From NCBI GenBank assembly GCA_965243645.1, contig CBDEVD010000006.1:1488838-1552837 (forward strand): a stretch of DNA of 64,000 bases. Reading direction: 5' to 3'. Shown piece after piece: positions 33,946-41,432 of the stretch. Origin of the DNA: Arenicellales bacterium. Its GTDB lineage: Bacteria > Pseudomonadota > Gammaproteobacteria > Arenicellales > JAJDZL01. How positions within the stretch are numbered: the first letter of the stretch is position 1; every line of letters begins with the position of its first letter. Below the pieces are notes generated by a model, which had not been told where the DNA came from, searched no databases, and was given only the letters and a program-made list of their open reading frames with translations. Position numbers and translations under genes: made by a program.

Positions 33946-35787
33946 ATGCAGAATATAGAAGGTGACGACAAAACCGTCGAAGTGTTGCTGTCAGGCGCGG
34001 CATTTGGCATTGACTATTACCAGCGCGAATATCGTTGGGAGCGTAAGCAACTGCAGGAATTAGTTGACGATTTAGTTGGCCAGTTTCTTCAATCATGGAA
34101 TCCTTCAAAACCGGATGCCTCATTAGAAGAACAATCAAAGTATTTTTTGGGTTCTATAGTTGTCAGTAGAGTTGGTGATCTTCGAAATATCGTGGATGGA
34201 CAGCAAAGAATTACCACGATCACTCTATTGCTGATATACCTGAATCACCTACAAAAATGTCTTGACAAAAAAGTGAAGAAAATTGAGTCGTTAATTTATG
34301 ACGAGGAGCCTGGGGGGTATAAATTTAAACTCGACATACAAGAACGCAATGACTGTATGTTCGCGTTACTAAAAGGAGATCACTATAACCCGGAGAATAG
34401 TTCCGGATCAGTCAAAAATATTATTGAAAGATACGAAGATTTCGATGATATTTTCCCGAAAGATCTGTCAGGTGATGCGTTGCACATATTCATTTGGTGG
34501 GTCATACGCAATGTCAAGTTTATCGAAATCGTTGCCCATGATGATGGTGACGCATACACGATATTCGAGACAATGAATGATCGAGGTCTTTCATTAACTC
34601 CTACAGAAATGCTCAAAGGCTATTTACTCGCAAATATTTCTAATCCAAAGAATCGAATCAAAGCAAACAAAACAATTAAAGAATATCTAAATAAATTCGC
34701 GAGGTACGGAAAAGAAACGGACGCAGACTTTTTCAAAGCATGGTTGCGAGCACAATATTCCAACAAAATCAGAGAAAGAAAGAAAGACGCAAAACCGGAA
34801 GACTTTGATCTGATTGGAACGGAGTATCACCGATGGGTACGTAATAATGCTATTCAAATTGGACTAAATATTAGTGGTGACTATTACGAATTTGTAATGA
34901 AGGATTTTCGCTATTTCGCCTCGCTTTACTTACGCCTATTAGATGCTGCCAAGATACGTATGCCCGGAATCGAGAGCGTTCGTTACAATGCTGATGCCGG
35001 CTTTACTCTGCAACATCATATAACGTTAGCTCCCATAACTTCTAATGATAGTGAAGATATCGCACTAACGAAAGTGGGTATAGTGTCAGATTTTCTAGAT
35101 TGCTTGCTCAATCTCAGATTCTGGAACTATAAATCAAATAGTTATTCATCAATGCAATACACAATATTCACAATAATTCGAAGCATCCGAGGGAAATCGA
35201 TAAGTGAATTGCGTAAAATGCTGCGAGGTCGACTACAGGAAGAAATGAATGAAATAAACTTCAATCAACCAGTAGGTCTCAACCAATTTACATCGCGTGC
35301 AGTCCATCGGCAACTTGCGCGGTTTGTTGATTGGCTTCAGTCTGAATCTGATCGCTCGGAAAATTATGAGAACTTTATAGTTCGTTCTGGCAAAGCCGCT
35401 TACGAAATTGAACATATTTGGGCGGACCACCATGAGAGACATAAAGGAGAATTTGAACAACAAAATGATTTTGATTATCACCGTAATCTCATCGGTGGTT
35501 TACTACTCTTGCCAAAGAAAGTCAACAGTAGCTTAAGCGATATGACCTATGAAGATAAACTACCCCACTATCTCAAAGAAAATATTCTGGCTCAATCTCT
35601 GCATAAAGATTTCTACCGCAATAATCCTGGTTTTCATCAGGTGATTGAAAAATTCAACCTGCCGTTCTCACACCATAAAAAGTTTGCCAAATCGGATCTT
35701 GAAGATAGGTGCCAACTTTACTGCCAACTTGCAAAGTTGATTTGGTCACCTGATCGACTGGTTGCCGCTAAAGAGGATACTGTTTGA
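33946..35787 (+). CDS. GmrSD-like type IV (modification-dependent) restriction enzyme, DUF262 + DUF1524
   Basis: 613 aa; N-terminal IDYYQREYRWE and DGQQRITTITLL (DUF262). C-terminal EIEHIWADHHERH...IGGLLLLPKKVNSSL (DUF1524 His-Me finger). Confidence 0.85.
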   Translation: MQNIEGDDKTVEVLLSGAAFGIDYYQREYRWERKQLQELVDDLVGQFLQSWNPSKPDASLEEQSKYFLGSIVVSRVGDLRNIVDGQQRITTITLLLIYLNHLQKCLDKKVKKIESLIYDEEPGGYKFKLDIQERNDCMFALLKGDHYNPENSSGSVKNIIERYEDFDDIFPKDLSGDALHIFIWWVIRNVKFIEIVAHDDGDAYTIFETMNDRGLSLTPTEMLKGYLLANISNPKNRIKANKTIKEYLNKFARYGKETDADFFKAWLRAQYSNKIRERKKDAKPEDFDLIGTEYHRWVRNNAIQIGLNISGDYYEFVMKDFRYFASLYLRLLDAAKIRMPGIESVRYNADAGFTLQHHITLAPITSNDSEDIALTKVGIVSDFLDCLLNLRFWNYKSNSYSSMQYTIFTIIRSIRGKSISELRKMLRGRLQEEMNEINFNQPVGLNQFTSRAVHRQLARFVDWLQSESDRSENYENFIVRSGKAAYEIEHIWADHHERHKGEFEQQNDFDYHRNLIGGLLLLPKKVNSSLSDMTYEDKLPHYLKENILAQSLHKDFYRNNPGFHQVIEKFNLPFSHHKKFAKSDLEDRCQLYCQLAKLIWSPDRLVAAKEDTV

Positions 35788-35803
35788 AGTTCTGGATCAA
35801 TTC

Positions 35804-36538
35804 ATGTCATTACGAGATATTACACAACAGGCTGTATTGGACGCTATTAGCGAATTCAATACCCTTACACGCGAAGTGTTCCTAACAACCTACGAATTCG
35901 GCAAGGCAAAAAAGTATTGGCTAATTTACGACGGACAACGATACGACTCAAAAGCTATTGTAGGAGTTGCACATAAATATGCAACCAATCTAGGGCCATT
36001 AAAGAATTCTGAATTTAGTGGTGGTAAGAAAACAGTCAAACCAAAATTATGCAGTTTGGGGTTTACTGTTATAGATAGTAAAAATGAGGTTAATCAATTA
36101 ATTTTGCCATCTGAATCTTCACCCCCGCCCTTTGACCCGTCAGACGAAACAGATGCCCGAGGACGAATATCTCGAATGATCGCTAGCCGACAAGGTCAAG
36201 GAGCCTTTCGTCACAAAATACTAAACGCCTATAACCGTCGTTGCGCGATTTCTGATTGTGCCGTCGTCGATGTCCTTGAGGCGGCTCATATTGTTCCCTA
36301 TCGAGGTCCAAAGACCAATGTGGCTTCAAATGGACTTCTACTACGTGCGGATATACACACGTTATTCGACTTGGGAATGGTTGCCATCGACAGTAGTCTT
36401 AGAGTTCATGTGCACAACAATCTCAGTGAGACTGAATATTGGGCATTCAATAACAAGGAATTGCGAGTTCCGTCGGCTACAAAACAAAAACCCAATATGG
36501 AAGCATTGAAGTTACATTTAGATCGTTCGCTGTTGTGA
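35804..36538 (+). CDS. HNH endonuclease (HNH_2 type) with an N-terminal McrA/ScoMcrA-like small DNA-binding head domain
   Basis: C-terminal RQGQGAFRHKILNAYNRRCAIS...EAAHIVPY...NGLLLRADIHTLFDLGMVAID. N-terminal YWLIYDGQRYDSKAIVGVAH..FSGG. ATG at 35804 preferred over TTG at 35762. Confidence 0.82.
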   Translation: MSLRDITQQAVLDAISEFNTLTREVFLTTYEFGKAKKYWLIYDGQRYDSKAIVGVAHKYATNLGPLKNSEFSGGKKTVKPKLCSLGFTVIDSKNEVNQLILPSESSPPPFDPSDETDARGRISRMIASRQGQGAFRHKILNAYNRRCAISDCAVVDVLEAAHIVPYRGPKTNVASNGLLLRADIHTLFDLGMVAIDSSLRVHVHNNLSETEYWAFNNKELRVPSATKQKPNMEALKLHLDRSLL

Positions 36539-36809
36539 TTACGAACACCTATGGATACGAATCTCAATCATTCGTAGGATGGGAAAAAGAAAGTTGTACT
36601 ATGATAAATCTGTTGAGCGATGTACCGTTCGACAAGGTGGTTCGTTGATGTACGCCAATATTGATGACATGACAAGTAATTCATTATGCGTTCCAAACAA
36701 AGTATGCCATCTATTGACTTATTCGATCAGTTTAAGTAGTAGAAAATTATCGTAATATGCATTCATTTGTGATAAAATAATAGATATATTATATATATTA
36801 TCTTGAATT

Positions 36810-36965
36810 ATGAATGCACAACAATTACTCAATAACGAGCACTTTTTCAATTCCGATTCGAATGATGTATTCGATGAACTAATTGATCACATCGGAAGTT
36901 TACTTGCACAAGAGTACTTCCAAATTGTGGAAGATGAGAGTCCGGTCGAGGATGATGCAAAATGA
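36810..36965 (+). CDS. Possible small acidic protein (51 aa) immediately upstream of the serine recombinase
   Basis: Hand-found ORF MNAQQLLNNEHFFNSDSNDVFDELIDHIGSLLAQEYFQIVEDESPVEDDAK, below the track cutoff. It ends 16 nt before the recombinase ATG. No family recognised. Confidence 0.25.
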   Translation: MNAQQLLNNEHFFNSDSNDVFDELIDHIGSLLAQEYFQIVEDESPVEDDAK

Positions 36966-36981
36966 ATAATGGAGAATTAGT

Positions 36982-38691
36982 ATGAAAGCTGCAGTATACG
37001 CCCGTTACAGTTCGGAAAACCAGCGTCCGCAAAGTATTGAAGATCAAATTTCAACCTGCCGGAAATTCGCGATTGAAAATGATTTTTTTGTAGATGAAAA
37101 TTACATCTATTCGGATGAAGCAAAGTCAGGGGCGAGTAATGATCGAGATGGTCTCAATTCTCTAAGTGCAGCAGCACGCAACCACCATTTTGAAGTTGTA
37201 CTCGTAGATGATTTATCGCGTTTGGCACGAAATAATTACTTGATGCTTACGGTCCTCGCAGACCTTAGTTTTGAAGGAATTCGGGTAATATCAGTCGCAG
37301 ACGGATTGGATAGTAATGACCAAGAATCAACTCTTGGAATCCAAATTAGAGGGATTTTTAACGAACTTCAATTGCAGGATCTCAAGAAGAAAACGATGAG
37401 AGGTATGATTGGACAAAAACAGCGCGGATTCTCGGCGGGTGAACGCACGTTTGGATATACGTCTATTCCGGTAGGTGATATCCATTTAGATTCAAAAGGT
37501 AAGGAAAGACCTGAAGGATACAGAAAGGTAATTGATCCTCGCGAATCCGCGATTGTGTTGAGAGTATTTGAACATTATCGAAACGGTTGCTCAATCAACC
37601 AAATAGTAAAAATATTCAACCAGGAGAGTGTACCAACTCCGAAAAACAATACTAAAGCATGGTCAGCTGGAACTGTAAGTCGTATTATCAACAACGAAAA
37701 ATATATCGGGAAGTGGGTTTGGAACAAAACCGGAACTCGCCGCGATCCGAGAACTGGACGACAAAAGAAATTCAACAAACCAGAATCGGAGTGGATCGTC
37801 AAATTCGACGACAGTTTGCGTATTGTTTCACAGGATATCTGGGACGAAGTTCAAGCTCGAAGGAATGAACGGAAAAAGTCATGGCCTGGAGGAAAAGGCA
37901 AACGTGGTTTTGAGAGCAAGAATGGAAGTGTGGAAAAACACTTTCCAACAGATCTTTTTTCTGGTGCTATGACCTGCAAGAAATGTGGATCTACGATAGG
38001 AAAAGTGAGTGGAAAAGGTGGTGGATATTTCGGCTGTCTTGGAACAAAGATCGGCAAATGCGACAACAAGGTCAACGTGCGACGAAGCGTCCTGGAAAAC
38101 TTAATCCTTGACGATGTAAAACAACTGCTATCTGAACCCGAAAATATTCAAAGTGTTCTCAACAGTGTCGCAAACAAAATGAAAGAGCTATACTCGGAAT
38201 TTCCAAACAAAATTACCCGGAGAGAAAAAGAGTTGGCATCTGAAGAAAGAAAGCTCAACAATTTCATTAATTTTATCGGTGAAGGAAAGGGTACCCGGTC
38301 TCTCAACCACGCACTGATTGAAAGCGAAAACAAAATAGACAAGCTGAAAAATGAAATTCATGTGCTCCAGACTTCTCATTCAAAGGCGGTCCAAGCACCA
38401 CCGGTCAGATGGATTCAGAATCGACTCAACCATATTCAACACTTGCTTGAACGGAACATTTCTGAATCTGCAATGGTGTTAAGAAAATTACTCGGACCTA
38501 TTGAGCTCGAACCGGTATTTCCGGAGACCGGTAGACCGTATTACTTAGCACATACTACTTTTGAGACAATTTCCATAGTGGTAGATAAAAAATTCGCGCC
38601 TAACCCATTGGACAAAGGTGCGAATCAATATAGTTGGCGTCCCCACGGGGATTCGAACCCCGGTCGCCAGCGTGAAAGGCTGGTGTCCTAG
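36982..38691 (+). CDS. Large serine recombinase (resolvase domain + recombinase domain + Zn ribbon + coiled coil)
   Basis: 569 aa; AAVYARYSSENQ (catalytic Ser), VLVDDLSRLARN, GYRKVIDPRESAIV..., CKKCGS...GCLG Zn-ribbon cysteines, coiled-coil NKIDKLKNEIHVLQ. The last ~19 codons are antisense tRNA-Glu sequence (WRPHGDSNPG). Confidence 0.9.
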   Translation: MKAAVYARYSSENQRPQSIEDQISTCRKFAIENDFFVDENYIYSDEAKSGASNDRDGLNSLSAAARNHHFEVVLVDDLSRLARNNYLMLTVLADLSFEGIRVISVADGLDSNDQESTLGIQIRGIFNELQLQDLKKKTMRGMIGQKQRGFSAGERTFGYTSIPVGDIHLDSKGKERPEGYRKVIDPRESAIVLRVFEHYRNGCSINQIVKIFNQESVPTPKNNTKAWSAGTVSRIINNEKYIGKWVWNKTGTRRDPRTGRQKKFNKPESEWIVKFDDSLRIVSQDIWDEVQARRNERKKSWPGGKGKRGFESKNGSVEKHFPTDLFSGAMTCKKCGSTIGKVSGKGGGYFGCLGTKIGKCDNKVNVRRSVLENLILDDVKQLLSEPENIQSVLNSVANKMKELYSEFPNKITRREKELASEERKLNNFINFIGEGKGTRSLNHALIESENKIDKLKNEIHVLQTSHSKAVQAPPVRWIQNRLNHIQHLLERNISESAMVLRKLLGPIELEPVFPETGRPYYLAHTTFETISIVVDKKFAPNPLDKGANQYSWRPHGDSNPGRQRERLVS

Positions 38692-38712
38692 ACCTGACTA
38701 GACGATGGGGAC
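38635..38712 (-). tRNA. tRNA-Glu (anticodon UUC)
   Basis: Minus strand GTCCCCATCGTCTAGTCAGGTCTAGGACACCAGCCTTTCACGCTGGCGACCGGGGTTCGAATCCCCGTGGGGACGCCA folds as a cloverleaf: acceptor GTCCCCA/TGGGGAC, anticodon stem CCAGC/GCTGG with loop CTTTCAC, T-arm CGGGG-TTCGAAT-CCCCG, encoded CCA. Confidence 0.9.
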
Positions 38713-39142
38713 GACAGTATTTAGCAAATGTCCGGTGAACACGAACACAATTGATGTGAGTGCTAGACAACACACCAATTTTAGTTGCCATCATCGATGC
38801 AAAAATGAAACCCGTGTGGCAGCAGGTCGTAACTGAATTCTACGGCTTACTGTACGCGGGCTCGTTAATTATAGAACAGGTTTAAATCCAAATGTCGATA
38901 CAAATTGATTACATCACGGTACTGAGACTCTATCGCTCCAGCCAATCTGAGGCCGTCGGACTGCTTAACCACTCCGAAATTAGGTTCTTCACAACTGACC
39001 AGTTAGCACTCATTAACCCTACGCGTTGAATCTTGCCACTGACGGTGATTTATGTCGTTTATTACCAGCTTCGCCAATCTTTAGGCACACCCTACACTCC
39101 CCATAGTAACAGAATTTCGATGGGTTTGACTTAGTCTCTTCA

Positions 39143-40369
39143 CTAATTTTCAGCACTTTCGAACGCGCTTGCATAGGCGTCTATGTCGACGGCACTCATA
39201 CCAAGTTGTCGCGCAACTTCGCGCCATTTGGCTATGACCTGGGACACTTCGATAATGATCTGATCTGCCTGATTCGCTTTGAGAGCGAAATACGGCGCTG
39301 CTCTGCGAGCTAAATCAATAGAGGCTTGCGGTCCTTCTTCTGAAATCCATGTTGTCAATTCGCGCACCGACTCCTCAAGGGGCACGGGGTTGAGATCATA
39401 AGCGGGTGATAACTGCCACTTACCGTCTCCTGCATAGAGAAATCCGTGGTTTCTCAGGTGGTCGTCGACATTGCCAATCATTACCCCAAAAATCATTCGC
39501 CTCCAGAGGTCGCATAAATCTTGAATCGGAGATATTGAATGCATGCGTATACTCTCAGCAATATCGGTGTAGGTTGCTATATCTCCATCATTGATTCCCA
39601 ATAGGCTCATTGCTGACAGAAACGGAATGCGGCGGTGCTCTGCCCGGTCGAAACGTCGTATAAGTGCGACCGAGCGCCCGGCAACCACCTCTATGCGTCC
39701 GCACGCGGTATTGATACCGGCTTGCTTGGCCAAAGTGAGAGCCAGAATTTCACCGTGGGTGATGCTACGATCATCATCTAATTTTGGAAACTTCGCAATT
39801 GCAAGCTGTCCGTCTTTATCAACAACAGCAGATTTTGGTCTTGCACCGCCGAGAGGAGATCCCTGGTTTAGCAGTAGATGCAAATCGTCTGTGGTTTCCG
39901 TGTTATTCAATACGGCATCAACAGCATTAAGTAACGCTGACATTTGAGTGAGAGGAGGCGTTTGATATTCGCCAATATTGAAATTAAGATGAGATTCACC
40001 TGCCCGCCTGTATCGAAGCGCACCAATTCGAGTGGCATCTTTCATCGCTAGCAGATAGTCAATTTCTGAAAGCGAACGCTTTTCACCGGATCGACGAAAG
40101 GCACGATGGATTAACTGCCGACCCCAACGATCAGGTGCGCTGTCTCGCAAGGGACCCGGCAAAGCTGATTTCTCAGAATTCGAGTAAACTGGATGCGGAC
40201 TAAGCGGAAGATTGGCTGGATCAAGTGCGAATGGCTTGCGGTAGGTTAGCCATTCATCGGCATATTCAAAAATGGAACTTTGGCTACGAAATTTATCCGC
40301 ATAACGGCATAGACCGACAAGCCGCGTCTCACCAAGACTATCAACGTAGACTTCTAGAGTTTCAGTCAT
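39143..40369 (-). CDS. hipA: HipA-family serine/threonine kinase toxin
   Basis: 408 aa; N-terminal coupling domain (LEVYVDSLGETRLVGL...FEYADEWL...DPANLPL). Catalytic IGNVDDHLRNHGFL and SPAYDLNP motifs are intact. Confidence 0.85.
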   Translation of the reverse strand: MTETLEVYVDSLGETRLVGLCRYADKFRSQSSIFEYADEWLTYRKPFALDPANLPLSPHPVYSNSEKSALPGPLRDSAPDRWGRQLIHRAFRRSGEKRSLSEIDYLLAMKDATRIGALRYRRAGESHLNFNIGEYQTPPLTQMSALLNAVDAVLNNTETTDDLHLLLNQGSPLGGARPKSAVVDKDGQLAIAKFPKLDDDRSITHGEILALTLAKQAGINTACGRIEVVAGRSVALIRRFDRAEHRRIPFLSAMSLLGINDGDIATYTDIAESIRMHSISPIQDLCDLWRRMIFGVMIGNVDDHLRNHGFLYAGDGKWQLSPAYDLNPVPLEESVRELTTWISEEGPQASIDLARRAAPYFALKANQADQIIIEVSQVIAKWREVARQLGMSAVDIDAYASAFESAEN

Positions 40370-40647
40370 GGCTTACATTTCCCGCGGCGATGCGTGACAA
40401 TCCGTTTTGGCAGTGGAGACTTTTCAATGTCGAGACCAAAGGCATCATTGCTGTGGTCGAAAATCGCACCTGACATAAATCAGGACAAAGGTGCGCATCA
40501 ATGTCAGTGGTGGACCCGAGTAAAATTGATTTGAATTCTCGCGAGTGTATCAACTACGTGAGATTAATCGAACCAATAAGGCTAACATCTCCTCGACAGT
40601 TATACTTCTTCACGATTCATAATGTTAATTTAATATACAATCAAAAT

Positions 40648-40665
40648 ATACATATTTATATGTAT
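40648..40665. promoter_or_regulatory. Perfect palindrome ATACATAT-TT-ATATGTAT upstream of phd (candidate operator)
   Basis: 8-bp arms with a 2-bp spacer, 31 bp upstream of the TTG start that has an AGGAG RBS. Phd/YefM antitoxins autoregulate through palindromic operators. Confidence 0.4.
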
Positions 40666-40695
40666 TTTGACCTACTCAATGACAGGAGCTTGAAA

Positions 40696-40944
40696 TTGGA
40701 AAGAATCTTGGCAAATAAAACCGTGTCCCTTACCGAACTTAGAGACCCCGCAAAAGTACTAGCAGGAGCAGGCGAATCACCGGTTGCGGTTTTAAACCGC
40801 AGTAACGTAGTCGGATATTTTGTACCAAAATCAGCGGTAGATAACGTAGATTTCAGGTACGCCGACACCGTTGATGTGCAAAAAACTGTTGATGAGTCAA
40901 TTGAACAAAACAAAGAACTACTTGACTACCTAAAAGACAAATAA
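40696..40944 (+). CDS. phd: Phd/YefM-family antitoxin
   Basis: 82 aa from TTG 40696 (AGGAG 7 nt upstream). An in-frame ATG at 40660 lacks an RBS. ..KTVSLTELRDPAKVL....PVAVLNRSNVVGYFVP.. pattern. Confidence 0.75.
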   Translation: MERILANKTVSLTELRDPAKVLAGAGESPVAVLNRSNVVGYFVPKSAVDNVDFRYADTVDVQKTVDESIEQNKELLDYLKDK

Positions 40945-40945
40945 A

Positions 40946-41317
40946 TTGGAAATCTTACGCAGTGTGGGTGTGCTGAACATTCACGCAAAGGTCATTAGCC
41001 CACAGGAGCTGCAAGGCCTAGCAGGCAATAAATCTTTGGAGGCAATCATCCATCGTATTGAGAATCGCATCCTCTACGGGATGATTGGAGACGTGTACGA
41101 TCTTGCCGCAACTTATGCTGTTGTAATTGCGGTTGACCACGTGTTCAATGATGCAAATAATAGAACAGCGGTTATCGCAATGGATACGGCTTTGCGTAGA
41201 AACGGAATCAGTTTAAGATTTGATGCTGAAAAAATGGGTCAAGTCATCATCAAGGTTGCACAGGGAATAGTTGACGAAACAGAATTGGCACGTCACCTTC
41301 GTTCTTTGTCGCAATAG
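40946..41317 (+). CDS. doc: Doc (death-on-curing) Fic-fold toxin
   Basis: 123 aa; Doc-type Fic motif HVFNDANNRTA (HxFx[DN][AG]NxR). Starts 1 nt after the phd stop. Confidence 0.85.
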   Translation: MEILRSVGVLNIHAKVISPQELQGLAGNKSLEAIIHRIENRILYGMIGDVYDLAATYAVVIAVDHVFNDANNRTAVIAMDTALRRNGISLRFDAEKMGQVIIKVAQGIVDETELARHLRSLSQ

Positions 41318-41432
41318 CAAATGCAAAGAAGAAAATTGTGATAATCGTAACTATTTACGACAATCAAGTTTAATTCGGAATAAAGTCATTAGCCGTTTAA
41401 CGATTTTCGATCATAACTGGAGGATTGTCCTA

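Noticed and set aside
38600-38794. 64-aa minus-strand ORF overlapping tRNA-Glu, and the tRNA-encoded tail of the recombinase as a functional extension
   Set aside because: The GDSNPRG/GDSNPG-type peptides are the usual translation artefact of a tRNA T-arm. The minus-strand ORF is spurious. The recombinase tail is real read-through, but its sequence is dictated by the tRNA.
40362-40553. 63-aa ORF upstream of hipA as HipB
   Set aside because: It is Cys/His/Ser-rich with no helix-turn-helix pattern, although its stop overlaps the hipA start. It is listed only as a possibility in the HipA finding.
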